Source: an uncultured bacterium (lineage in GTDB: Bacteria > Patescibacteriota > Minisyncoccia > Phycocordibacterales > UBA6065). From it: a stretch of 64,000 bases of DNA. The notes under the pieces were generated by a model, which was given only the letters and a program-made list of their open reading frames with translations, did not search any database and was not told where the DNA came from. Within the stretch, counting starts at the first letter, position 1, and the number at the start of each line of letters is the position of its first letter. The translations under genes and the position numbers were made by a program. The stretch spans positions 214,837 through 278,836 of the forward strand of contig CBIMES010000001.1 in the NCBI GenBank assembly GCA_966243015.1, in the 5' to 3' direction. Below are positions 7,737 through 16,451 of this stretch, piece after piece.

Positions 7737-9488
7737 ATGTTTCAGGTGATTATGGGCCTCGTATGCACGGCTGCCCCCTTTGCTCTGGTCTCTCTTTTTG
7801 GGGATAAGAGGAGAGGAATTCTTTGGGTCGCCCTGGGTATCCTCTCGCTTCACGCCCTCGTTGGCATCGGGTCTCAGGCCCTCGGTGTCTTTTCCTATCC
7901 CGTTGTCGCGACAGTCCATGTCTTGGCGTCTCTCGGGGCCTTGGCTTACGCGCTCTCGCGCGGTGCGGTGCGGGGGTGGTCCTTTTCCCGAGAGGGCCTC
8001 ATCGTACTTTGGGCTGTGGCAATTATAGTATTCCAGCTCGCGTTGGTCCATTACGACTATTCGGGGCCGGTGGCGTCGATAAAGGGTGAATCAATAGACA
8101 GGGGGGTGAATTATCCGTACCCACTGTTCTCTGATGAGTGGGTCGCCTCGTCGCTCATCTCTCACACCGTGAAGACCGGTTCGCTCCCCCTGGCGAATTC
8201 GCTCTGGGAGGGTGAGCGGTCGGTCAATCTCCTTGTGCCGTTCCATTCGCTTGCCTCCGAGGTCTCCCTTTTCTTCGGCCTCGATCCCGTTGTCGGCGTG
8301 CCTGTGCTTGCCATCGTGTTCGGTGCGCTGGTGTCTGTCTCGGCCATGTTCTTGGCGTGGTCCATGGGAGGAGGGGTGCTTGCTTCGGTGCTCGCGGGCG
8401 TCTTCGTTCCCTTAATCACGAATGGGTCAAACCTGCCGGGAATCTGGTTTCTCATGCCTTTCGTCGTCTCGCTCTCACCGTTCCTCTGGTTTCTATCTGC
8501 GCTTTCCGTGGGACGTCGTGGCCTCGCCGTCGGGTGCGGGTCCGTTTCGGTGCTCCTGTATCCTCCCATGCTGGTTTTTGTCCTTCCCGCGGGCCTTGCC
8601 TCTGCCTGGGGTTCGGGAAATGCCTTTTTGCGACGCACGTTTTTAATATGTGGTGCCGCCGTGCTCGCGGTCGCTTCGGCGGCAGGGCTCTCGGTGCTCC
8701 TGGGGCCAGGTGATTTTTGGGCGCGCGTATCAAGCGCTGTATTCCACGGCAATCTTGATGGGGGTGTCGCCTCTTACTCCTTCTGGAAGGTGCTGCCTGG
8801 GGCGCTCGCGCCCTTTTTCGTTCTCGGCTTCTTCAGGGCGTGGGGCAGGGAGTCTCGTCACGTTGTCGCCGCCGTCATCGTCGGTGCCTTTGCGTGGGTC
8901 GCGTACTCTGTGTTGCCGGTCGTGTTTCTTATAGAGCACCCTCGCGTCGTCGTCATAACGGCTGTCCTACTTTCGGTTTTCGCCGCGTTTGGTTTCTCCG
9001 CCGTCTTGGACGGTCTTCTCGGCACTCGACTCAGGCTTGTTTCTTGTGTGGTCGCGCTGGCTCTCGCTTCCTCAGTCTCCTTTTTGTACCCGTGGGGAGA
9101 CTCGTGGCGAGACCTCACGTTGTCGGTTCGCGCGGGCGGCGATGTCGTCACGGTGAGGCCCGCGGCACCGGTAAACCGCTATCTGCACCCTGATGACCTC
9201 AGGTTGTTCGAGGGTGTAACGGGCTCTCGCTTCATAGCGCCGCCCTGGAAGGGTCTCGTCATTGGCGCCGCGACGGGGAATTACCCTCTTGAGTCAAAGG
9301 CCTCCACTATTACGAACAGATACGTTCTCTATGCTGACTTCATGTCTTCTGGTTGTGATGCCAAGGCATCGATTGCCCAAGAGTGGAAGGTGTCTGTGGT
9401 CTATTCTGAGCCGTTTGATTGTAACGGCTTCCGTTCAACGGCCACGAGTTCTGAGGGTCTGGTGTTCTATCGCGTTCGTGGCTTCTAG
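7737..9488 (+). CDS. polytopic integral membrane protein, probable GT-C-type glycosyltransferase (ArnT/PMT/YfhO-like) partner of the adjacent GT2
   Basis: 583 aa with ~12 hydrophobic helices in the N-terminal 450 aa and a soluble C-terminal domain. The GT2 plus GT-C gene pair is the classic polyprenol-phosphate-sugar glycosylation arrangement. An extended -10 (TGtTATGAT) sits 6 nt upstream of the ATG. Confidence 0.6.
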   Translation: MFQVIMGLVCTAAPFALVSLFGDKRRGILWVALGILSLHALVGIGSQALGVFSYPVVATVHVLASLGALAYALSRGAVRGWSFSREGLIVLWAVAIIVFQLALVHYDYSGPVASIKGESIDRGVNYPYPLFSDEWVASSLISHTVKTGSLPLANSLWEGERSVNLLVPFHSLASEVSLFFGLDPVVGVPVLAIVFGALVSVSAMFLAWSMGGGVLASVLAGVFVPLITNGSNLPGIWFLMPFVVSLSPFLWFLSALSVGRRGLAVGCGSVSVLLYPPMLVFVLPAGLASAWGSGNAFLRRTFLICGAAVLAVASAAGLSVLLGPGDFWARVSSAVFHGNLDGGVASYSFWKVLPGALAPFFVLGFFRAWGRESRHVVAAVIVGAFAWVAYSVLPVVFLIEHPRVVVITAVLLSVFAAFGFSAVLDGLLGTRLRLVSCVVALALASSVSFLYPWGDSWRDLTLSVRAGGDVVTVRPAAPVNRYLHPDDLRLFEGVTGSRFIAPPWKGLVIGAATGNYPLESKASTITNRYVLYADFMSSGCDAKASIAQEWKVSVVYSEPFDCNGFRSTATSSEGLVFYRVRGF

Positions 9489-9583
9489 GTATTTACTTTT
9501 TCCCCGGTGAGATGTAATCTGAAAAAGTTCCGATCGGTGTCGGACATTTCATACAACGTTAGTTCATTACAGAAGGAGAACAT

Positions 9584-9838
9584 ATGCTAGTCGCAGTCGT
9601 CCCTGCCACGTTAGACGGGGGAATCCCTCCCGTTGTCCATCAGAGCGAGGCCCATGTGCCTCAGGGTCAGAAGCCCGGCGGCTATGGTGCCAATGAATAC
9701 CTCGCTTTCCTTAAGGGGAATTTGGCGAGATCAAAGGCAGAAGCCGGTCAGAAGAAAGTGCTGTTGAATCGGTCGGGAGGCGTCGTCGCGCTGCCCTCCG
9801 ACGGCCTCGAAGTTGAAAAGGTGAAAGATGGTTACTGA
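9584..9838 (+). CDS. small hypothetical protein (84 aa)
   Basis: ORF with a strong Shine-Dalgarno (agaAGGAGaacatATG) and a downstream bidirectional terminator at 9850-9890. Confidence 0.4.
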   Translation: MLVAVVPATLDGGIPPVVHQSEAHVPQGQKPGGYGANEYLAFLKGNLARSKAEAGQKKVLLNRSGGVVALPSDGLEVEKVKDGY

Positions 9839-9849
9839 GACAGGCTAGG

Positions 9850-9890
9850 ACTAAATAAGCGGTCACCCTACAAGGTGGCCGCTTTTTGTT
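9850..9890. terminator. bidirectional intrinsic terminator (gcggtcaccctacaaggtggccgc + T-run)
   Basis: 8-bp GC stem flanked by A-run/T-run, between convergent genes. Confidence 0.5.
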
Positions 9891-10141
9891 TACTCGTCCC
9901 TGATCGACTTCACCTCGAGTTTTCTTCGAAGGGCCTTCCTTCGTTTCGCCTTTACCGGCACGGTGCCCGCGGCAATGTCCTGCATGAGCTTCCGCAGGTC
10001 CTCCTCCTTGTAGATGCGGTAGTTGCTCATCGGGTGCCTGGTGGTTGGCAACTTGCCGTTCTTGTCCCAGTTGCGCAGGGTGAGGGGAGTGACCCCGAGC
10101 ATTTCCGCCGCCTCTTTGATGGTGAGATACGTTCCTGACAT
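9890..10141 (-). CDS. small MerR/excisionase-family helix-turn-helix DNA-binding protein
   Basis: 83 aa. The stretch LTIKEAAEMLGVTPLTLRNWDKNGKLPTTRHPMSNYRIYKEEDL matches the HTH_17/excisionase (MerR-type) DNA-binding domain, and the C-terminal tail is basic. Confidence 0.7.
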   Translation of the reverse strand: MSGTYLTIKEAAEMLGVTPLTLRNWDKNGKLPTTRHPMSNYRIYKEEDLRKLMQDIAAGTVPVKAKRRKALRRKLEVKSIRDE

Positions 10142-10165
10142 GGTGTATAAACCTTGATAGATGAA

Positions 10166-10209
10166 AGTATACCAGAATTTCGGCGCATGCGGGTGAGTTC
10201 TGGTATACT
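10166..10209. promoter_or_regulatory. symmetric divergent promoter: two inverted 11-bp arms (gtataccagaa / ttctggtatac), each containing an extended -10 (TGGTATACT) facing outward, with a central cgcatgcg palindrome
   Basis: Perfect 11-bp inverted repeat with a 20-bp spacer. The right arm is the -10 for gap (ATG 10236) and the left arm read on the minus strand is the -10 for the HTH gene (ATG 10141). Confidence 0.5.
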
Positions 10210-10235
10210 GGACCCATCTAACTCACATCAACACC

Positions 10236-11279
10236 ATGTTCAGCACAAAGAAAATCCGCGTGGCAGTCAACGGCTTCGGCAGAATTGGCAGGGCTTTCGT
10301 GAAGGTCGCCCGCGAGTCAAAGGAAATTGAGGTCGTGGCGGTGAACGATCTTGGCAACGCGGCGAATCTGGCCTACCTTCTCAAGTACGACAGCGCCTAC
10401 GGAATTGCGCCGTTCGATGTGGAGGCGAAGGCCGACGGATCAGCCCTCGTCATCGACGGCAAGGAGATCAAGTTCATCCAGGAGAAAGACGCGACCAAGC
10501 TCCCGTGGAAGGCGCTCGACATTGACGTGGTTGTCGAGTCTACAGGCCTCTTCACCGCCTATGACAAGGCCCAGGTCCACATTACCGCGGGCGCCAAGCG
10601 CGTGGTAATCTCGGCCCCCGCAAAGGACGGCGACACCGCTTCTGTCCCGGGTGCGACCGTGCTCATGGGCCTTAACGAGGAGAAGATCGGCACCTGCCAG
10701 ATCACCTCGAACGCGTCGTGTACCACGAACGCAGGATCGCCCCTCATCGCTATCCTCGACGAGAAGATCGGCATCGCAAAGGCTCTCCTCAACACCGTGC
10801 ATGCCTACACCGCGACCCAGGCGCTCGTCGACGGGCCTTCCAAGAAGGATCTTCGCGAGGGCAGGGCGGCCGCGCAGAACATCATCCCGTCTTCGACCGG
10901 TGCGGCCATCGCCGTGACCAAGGCCTTCCCCCAGCTCGTGGGCAAGTTCGACGGCGTCTCGATTCGCGTGCCCGTCGTCGTCGGTTCTATTGTCGACATC
11001 ACTTTCCTCGCCAAGCGAAAGACGACCGCCGAGGAGGTTAACGCTATCCTCGTCGCGGCCTCAAAGGAGGATCGCTGGAAGAAGATTTTTGCCGTCTCCG
11101 ACGAACCCCTCGTCTCGACCGATATCAAGGGCAATCCGCACGCGTCAATCGCCGACCTCGAGTTCACCCGTGTCGTCGACGGCGACCTCGTGAAGGTTAT
11201 GGCCTGGTACGACAACGAGATGGGGTACACCCATACGCTGGTTGACCATGTCATCAAGGCAGGTCAGTCAATCAAGTAA
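10236..11279 (+). CDS. gap: glyceraldehyde-3-phosphate dehydrogenase (type I)
   Basis: 347 aa with the NGFGRIGR Rossmann motif and the SNASCTTN catalytic Cys motif. A terminator hairpin follows at ~11290-11325. Confidence 0.95.
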   Translation: MFSTKKIRVAVNGFGRIGRAFVKVARESKEIEVVAVNDLGNAANLAYLLKYDSAYGIAPFDVEAKADGSALVIDGKEIKFIQEKDATKLPWKALDIDVVVESTGLFTAYDKAQVHITAGAKRVVISAPAKDGDTASVPGATVLMGLNEEKIGTCQITSNASCTTNAGSPLIAILDEKIGIAKALLNTVHAYTATQALVDGPSKKDLREGRAAAQNIIPSSTGAAIAVTKAFPQLVGKFDGVSIRVPVVVGSIVDITFLAKRKTTAEEVNAILVAASKEDRWKKIFAVSDEPLVSTDIKGNPHASIADLEFTRVVDGDLVKVMAWYDNEMGYTHTLVDHVIKAGQSIK

Positions 11280-11336
11280 GTTATGTAAAAGGAAAAGCCC
11301 CGCATCATGATGCGGGGCTTTATGTTTCTGGCCTGG

Positions 11337-11876
11337 CTAGAAGGCCCGGCTGTAGCTGATGGACTTCATGCCTGACCACTTGAACTCGATTTTCTCGTGC
11401 CTGCTGACCTTCCACACGAGCCGTGACTGGACGTAGACGGTCACGTCCTGGCTCAGCACGGTGGTGTCGACGCCGCCCTTGAGGTCTCGGTAGAGCTCGT
11501 AGGTGCTGACGAACCTGTCTGCCACGTTGTAGAGCATGGACGTCTCGTCCCTGATCTTCGCTGTGAACTTGAACTGTCCGATGACCTCCATGGCGCTCGA
11601 CGAGTATGAGTGCCGGGGCGCGAACTTTTTTTCGAGATCGCGCAGACGGCGCTCGGTCTCCTTCGAGACCGTCGAGTAGTCGGTGAAGACAAGGACGACA
11701 GACGCCTCGGGCCGTCTTTCGTCGGTTGGGGTGGTTTGTTCTGCCTGTTTCGGTGTTTCTGATTTCTCCTCGGTCGTCGGCTCGTAGGGATACATCTCGA
11801 TGATGCGGTCCTTGGACGAGCCCGATGCCTCACTGGCTGCCGCAAGCGCTATGAGCGCGAACAACAGTGCTTTCAT
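11337..11876 (-). CDS. secreted hypothetical protein (signal peptide MKALLFALIALAAASEA)
   Basis: Internal Met of ORF-track ORF 11337..12047 chosen because it begins a canonical signal peptide. No domain recognised. Confidence 0.5.
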   Translation of the reverse strand: MKALLFALIALAAASEASGSSKDRIIEMYPYEPTTEEKSETPKQAEQTTPTDERRPEASVVLVFTDYSTVSKETERRLRDLEKKFAPRHSYSSSAMEVIGQFKFTAKIRDETSMLYNVADRFVSTYELYRDLKGGVDTTVLSQDVTVYVQSRLVWKVSRHEKIEFKWSGMKSISYSRAF

Positions 11877-12033
11877 AATCGTGTGCGTCGTGACGTTTCT
11901 GTGCGGGGTGGGGTACTCCTGACAAAGGTCCTTTGGGTATAAGTATCTGCCTTTTGCGGGGGAACGCCAGAAGGTTGTACACATGCTCCTCGGTACGGCT
12001 CTACAGGGCCCTTGGTCGTGATAGAATGAACAC

Positions 12034-12489
12034 ATGAGAATATTCATCGCAAGCGATCACGCCGGCTTCGAGCTCAAGAGGTTTCTCGTAGAGAGGCTCT
12101 CCCTCGCGGGACACGATGTGCGCGACCTGGGCGCGAAGGAGTTTGCCCCAGAGGATGACTATCCTGACTTCATATCTCTGGTGGGCAAGGAGATATCGCG
12201 CGAGCCAAGCTCGGTCAAGGGTATCGTCATCGGAGGCTCCGGCCAGGGCGAGGCGATTTGCGCCAATAAATTCTATGGCGTACGCGCCGTGGTCTATTAC
12301 GGCGGAAACACCGACATCGTGCGCCTCTCGCGCGAGCATAACGATGCGAATGTGCTCTCTCTCGGCGCACGGTTTCTCTCTGCGACTGACGCGCTCAACG
12401 CAGTCAATCTCTGGCTTGCCACGGCGTTCTCTGGGGACGAGAGGCACAAGAGGCGCATCCAAAAGCTCTATAACATCACCCATCTCTAG
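12034..12489 (+). CDS. rpiB: ribose-5-phosphate isomerase B (RpiB/LacAB family)
   Basis: 151 aa (MRIFIASDHAGFELK…GSGQGEAICANK…) typical of RpiB. An extended -10 (TGaTAGAAT) sits 6 nt upstream of the ATG. Confidence 0.9.
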   Translation: MRIFIASDHAGFELKRFLVERLSLAGHDVRDLGAKEFAPEDDYPDFISLVGKEISREPSSVKGIVIGGSGQGEAICANKFYGVRAVVYYGGNTDIVRLSREHNDANVLSLGARFLSATDALNAVNLWLATAFSGDERHKRRIQKLYNITHL

Positions 12490-12491
12490 GC

Positions 12492-12998
12492 ATGAGGACC
12501 AAGGGCTTTACTTTGATCGAGCTCCTCGTCGTGATATCTATTATCGCGCTCCTTTCGAGCGTTGTGCTGGCAAGCCTGAATACGGCGCGCGCCAAGGCGC
12601 GTGATTCCGAGAGGATCGCCGAGCTCAAGGCGGTTCAGACTGCCCTTGAGCTGTACCGAACTGACAACGGCTCCTATCCGTCCACGGGCGGCACCGGCAA
12701 CTGGCGGGGTATGTGCTCGAACTTCAACCCGGGCGGAACATATACGACCTCAGGCGCGTCCGGATACGTTCCTGGCCTCGCGCCGACCTACGTATCGGTT
12801 TTGCCACGCGATCCCAAGGAGGTGGCCGATTCGTGCTATGTCTACACCTCGAACGGCGTGGACTACATGATGCTTGCCTGGAGGACTGTCGAGGCGAACA
12901 TCGGTAACATTCCCGTCGCCTTGCAGAGGCAGAATACTTCATTTGGCTCGACTGACAGGACCTACGCGGTCTATTCGAGCGGCGCGGTCAGCTGGTAA
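12492..12998 (+). CDS. type IV pilin-like protein (short, 168 aa)
   Basis: N-terminus MRTKGFTLIELLVVISIIALLSSVVLASLN is a prepilin methylation motif. Paralogue of the gene at 17951..18436. Confidence 0.8.
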   Translation: MRTKGFTLIELLVVISIIALLSSVVLASLNTARAKARDSERIAELKAVQTALELYRTDNGSYPSTGGTGNWRGMCSNFNPGGTYTTSGASGYVPGLAPTYVSVLPRDPKEVADSCYVYTSNGVDYMMLAWRTVEANIGNIPVALQRQNTSFGSTDRTYAVYSSGAVSW

Positions 12999-13717
12999 TG
13001 CGTTATACTATTTCCATGAACGACATCATTCCCGCAATCCTTCCCAAGTCATACGCAGAGCTCGAGGACAAGCTCGGCTTGATAGCCTCGCACGCGCCCC
13101 TCGTGCAGATCGATATCTGCGATGGCGCGTACACGCAGTCGCGCACATGGCCGTACCTCAAGGGCGACTTTGACCAGATCTTCCAGGACATCATCGAGCA
13201 GAACCAGGCGCTTCCGGGCTGGGAGGAGATCGACTTCGAATTCGACCTCATGGTCAAGAATGCCCACGAGAAGATCCCTGATTTCATCTCAGCCGGCGCC
13301 TCGCGCATTGTCGTCCACAAGGACAGCCTGTCCGCGGACGAGCTCGAGGGCGTCGTAAGCGACTTCGGCAGGAAGTCGGAGGAACTGGGGCCCTTTGACA
13401 TCGAGCTGGGCGTCGCCCTCTCGAGCTCCGCGTCCGCGGGTGACATCGCCCCGCTTGTCGACAGGATTCACTTCGTCCAGGTCATGGGCATTGCGCAGGC
13501 GGGTTTCCAGGGCCAGCCGTTTGACCCTCGTGCGGTTGAGCTCGTGGCAGCCCTTCGCTCGGCATACCCCGATCTCCCGATATCGGTTGACGGGGGAGTG
13601 AATCTCGAGACCGCCAGGACTCTCCTTGATGCGGGTGCGGACCGCCTGGTCGTTGGTTCGGCACTTTTCAATGCGCCGAGTCTTATCGACGCGCTCGAGG
13701 GATTCCGATCCCTCTAG
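12998..13717 (+). CDS. rpe: ribulose-phosphate 3-epimerase-like TIM-barrel protein
   Basis: 239 aa with the Rpe-family pattern (…VQIDICDG…IVVH…FVQVMGIAQAGFQGQ…ISVDGGVN…LVVGSALF). Lies in a pentose-phosphate cluster with rpiB and tkt. Start overlaps the pilin stop. Confidence 0.75.
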   Translation: MRYTISMNDIIPAILPKSYAELEDKLGLIASHAPLVQIDICDGAYTQSRTWPYLKGDFDQIFQDIIEQNQALPGWEEIDFEFDLMVKNAHEKIPDFISAGASRIVVHKDSLSADELEGVVSDFGRKSEELGPFDIELGVALSSSASAGDIAPLVDRIHFVQVMGIAQAGFQGQPFDPRAVELVAALRSAYPDLPISVDGGVNLETARTLLDAGADRLVVGSALFNAPSLIDALEGFRSL

Positions 13718-13750
13718 AGTATCCGCGGCGCCATCTCGTCGTGGTAGAAT

Positions 13751-14617
13751 ATGCACATCACATCTATGGCCCTTTCAACCAAAAAAGTTCAGGAGCTCGA
13801 GCTTCAGGCGAACCAGATTCGCCAGTCCATCATCGAGATGCTGCTCGAGGCGGGCTCGGGTCACACCGCGGGACCGCTCGGCATGGCGGACATCTTCACG
13901 ACGCTCTATTTTTACACCCTCAATCATCGTCCCAAGGATCCGTCATGGGAAGGAAGGGACCGACTCGTTCTCTCGAATGGCCACATCTGCCCGGTGCTCT
14001 ACGCGACCATGGCTCACGCGGGATATTTTCCCGTTGAAGAGCTCAAGACCCTTCGCAAGTTCGGCTCGCGCCTTCAGGGGCATCCGCATCGCGAGTATCT
14101 GCCCATGCTCGAGACCTCGTCGGGTCCACTCGGCTCAGGCCTCTCTCAGGCCGTGGGTATGGCACTCGCCGATCGCATCGACAGCGGCAAGGCGTCGTCC
14201 CGCCGCATCTACTGCCTGACCTCCGATGGAGAGCATGACGAGGGTAATACATGGGAGGCGATTATGCTCGCGGGCAAGGAACGCCTCGGCAATCTCGTCT
14301 GCGTCATCGATCGCAACAATATTCAGATCGACGGTAACACGGAGGACATCATGCCTCTCGAGCCGTTCGTGAACAAGTACATCACCTTCGGTTGGCACGT
14401 CATCGAGATCGACGGCCACAACATGGAGGAGATTGCCGACGCCTTCGAGAAGGCTAAGGCCATTTTCGACAAGCCCGTCTGCATCATGGCCCACACAATT
14501 CCCGGCAAAGGCGTCGCTGAGTTTGAGAGGAAGTACGAGTGGCACGGCAAGCCGCCGAACAAGGAGGAGGCGGCGATGGCTTTGGCTGAACTTAAGGCGG
14601 CCGCGAAGAATATATAA
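13751..14617 (+). CDS. transketolase, N-terminal (thiamine-diphosphate-binding) subunit of a split transketolase
   Basis: Contains …AGSGHTAGPLGMADI… and GDG-type TPP-binding (…CLTSDGEHDEGNTWEA…). About 288 aa, which is subunit size. The ATG at 13766 (MALSTKK) is an alternative start, because the first ATG directly abuts an extended -10 (TGGTAGAAT). Confidence 0.9.
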   Translation: MHITSMALSTKKVQELELQANQIRQSIIEMLLEAGSGHTAGPLGMADIFTTLYFYTLNHRPKDPSWEGRDRLVLSNGHICPVLYATMAHAGYFPVEELKTLRKFGSRLQGHPHREYLPMLETSSGPLGSGLSQAVGMALADRIDSGKASSRRIYCLTSDGEHDEGNTWEAIMLAGKERLGNLVCVIDRNNIQIDGNTEDIMPLEPFVNKYITFGWHVIEIDGHNMEEIADAFEKAKAIFDKPVCIMAHTIPGKGVAEFERKYEWHGKPPNKEEAAMALAELKAAAKNI

Positions 14618-14620
14618 AAC

Positions 14621-14779
14621 ATGGCAATACAACCACGCTGCGATTTTTGCGGTAAGGAGCTCGTCGATTTCGGCGCGCTTCTCTTCAGCGCGCCTGACGC
14701 GAACAGCATGGTTCTCAAAGACCACGTCTGCAAGGCGTGTTACGCAAAGGTGATTGCCCTCAAGGAAACCAATTTTTAA
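14621..14779 (+). CDS. putative small zinc-ribbon protein (52 aa, CxxC…CxxC)
   Basis: Hand-translated ORF MAIQPRCDFCGKELVDFGALLFSAPDANSMVLKDHVCKACYAKVIALKETNF. It is too short for the ORF track. Starts 4 nt after the tkt-N stop. Coordinates approximate. Confidence 0.35.
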   Translation: MAIQPRCDFCGKELVDFGALLFSAPDANSMVLKDHVCKACYAKVIALKETNF

Positions 14780-14788
14780 TTTAATTGC

Positions 14789-15367
14789 ATGCAACCGCCA
14801 CGATCCCGAACGTACTGGCTTCACCGCATCATCCTGATCCTCGTGTCGGGGCTCTCTGTCGTTATTCTCTTTTCCGCTCTCGGCAAGTACGGCGGGGTAG
14901 ATGCGGGAGGCGTCCTGGGCTCTATCGCCCGGATGAAATACACGCCTCATGTGGCGCTAGCGGTCATGCTTATTGCCGCTTTGGTGACGGCCTACGACAT
15001 GGTCGCGACGCGGGCCCGCATGAGGAGGAGGGAAGCTGAGATTGATGCCCGCCTCGCGCCCTTCCGTCCCGAGGGTCAGCAGGGCGCCCCTGTGCCGTCT
15101 CAACCAGTCGCAGGCGGGTGGTCGTGGAAGAAAATCCTCGTCGAGGCCGTAGGATGGTACGGCGCGGCGGGCCTTCTTTCAGCCTATCTTCTCTCGAGCT
15201 TCGATATCCTCCACCCGAATCAGCCCCTTTACCAGATTCTCAATGTGACCGCGGCTCTCGGTATCGTTATCGTGTCCCTGAGCAAGAAAAACTATCAGCC
15301 GGCGGTTCTCGACATCATCTGGGCGACGATCGGAACCATCTCGCTTGTCAGGATGTTCGTGTCCTAG
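14789..15367 (+). CDS. hypothetical membrane protein (192 aa, 4-5 TM helices) inserted between the two transketolase genes
   Basis: ORF-track ORF with clearly hydrophobic segments at both ends. Confidence 0.55.
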   Translation: MQPPRSRTYWLHRIILILVSGLSVVILFSALGKYGGVDAGGVLGSIARMKYTPHVALAVMLIAALVTAYDMVATRARMRRREAEIDARLAPFRPEGQQGAPVPSQPVAGGWSWKKILVEAVGWYGAAGLLSAYLLSSFDILHPNQPLYQILNVTAALGIVIVSLSKKNYQPAVLDIIWATIGTISLVRMFVS

Positions 15368-15389
15368 TTGGTTGCGACGGTGTGGTAAA

Positions 15390-16403
15390 ATGAAAACCAT
15401 GATTTCTCCTTCCCAAAAACTCAATCCAAAGGTCTTCGAAAAGGACGTCGAGCAGGTGCCGATCCGCAAAGGCTTTGGCGAGGGTCTCCTCGCAGCGGGA
15501 GAGGCGGACAAGAACGTGGTCGGCCTCTGCGCGGACCTTACGGACTCGACGCAGATGAATCTCTTCCGCGACAAGTTCCCCGAGAGGTTTGTCCAGGTGG
15601 GCGTTGCCGAGCAGAACTTGGCCACTGTCGCATCGGGTATGGCGGCCATGGGTAAGGTGCCGTTTATAACCTCGTACGCCACGTTCTCCCCGGGGCGAAA
15701 CTGGGAGCAGATTCGTACCACCATCGCGTATAATGACGTGCCTGTTAAGGTTGTCGGTTCGCATGCGGGCGTATCTGTCGGTCCTGACGGAGGCACCCAT
15801 CAGGCCATCGAGGACATCGCGCTCATGCGCGCCATACCGAACATGACCGTTGTCTCGCCGTGTGACTCGATCGAGGCGAAGAAGGCGACCGTCGCCCTCG
15901 CGAAGACGGGCAAGCCCGCATACATTCGCCTTATTCGCGAGAAAACGCCTGTCGTGACTACCGTCGACACTCCGTTCGAGCTCGGCAGGGCCCAGGTCTT
16001 CTTCGAGCCTATAGCGGGACTGCCTGACGTGGCGATTATCGCCACGGGTGCCCTCGTCCACAAAGCTCTCGTTGCCGCACGCGACCTCGAAAAGGAGAAG
16101 ATCGGTGTCCGCGTCGTCAACCTCGCGACCATCAAGCCGCTTGACGAAGACACGCTCGTTCGGGCTGCCCGTGACGCTGGCGCTCTCGTTACCGTCGAGG
16201 AGCATCAGGTCGCGGGAGGCATGGGATCAGCCATCGCCGAGCTTCTGGCCGCAAAGTCTCCCGTGCCGATTGAGTTCGTCGGCGTCCAAGACAGGTTCGG
16301 GCAGTCGGGAACTCCGAGCGAGCTCGTCGAGCACTATGGCATGGGCGTCTCCCACATTGTTGCCGCAGCGAAGAGGGTGATTGCGAGAAAGTCGAAGAAA
16401 TAG
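15390..16403 (+). CDS. transketolase, C-terminal (pyrimidine-binding plus C-terminal domain) subunit
   Basis: Matches transketolase Pyr and C-terminal domains (…FGEGLLAAGEADKNVVGLCADLTDST…VGSHAGVSVGPDGGTHQAIEDIA…). An alternative leaderless start lies at 15399 (MISPSQ), 7 nt after TGGTAAAAT. A terminator follows at ~16418-16455. Confidence 0.9.
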   Translation: MKTMISPSQKLNPKVFEKDVEQVPIRKGFGEGLLAAGEADKNVVGLCADLTDSTQMNLFRDKFPERFVQVGVAEQNLATVASGMAAMGKVPFITSYATFSPGRNWEQIRTTIAYNDVPVKVVGSHAGVSVGPDGGTHQAIEDIALMRAIPNMTVVSPCDSIEAKKATVALAKTGKPAYIRLIREKTPVVTTVDTPFELGRAQVFFEPIAGLPDVAIIATGALVHKALVAARDLEKEKIGVRVVNLATIKPLDEDTLVRAARDAGALVTVEEHQVAGGMGSAIAELLAAKSPVPIEFVGVQDRFGQSGTPSELVEHYGMGVSHIVAAAKRVIARKSKK

Positions 16404-16451
16404 GGCTTTGAATATGATTTTAAAAAGGCTCACAACTGTGAGCCTTTTTTT

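Noticed and set aside
8162-9193. Several 70-200-aa ORFs on both strands inside the GT-C membrane protein gene
   Set aside because: Arg/Pro/Ser-rich low-complexity translations, all overlapping the long hydrophobic plus-strand ORF. They are typical GC-rich shadow ORFs.
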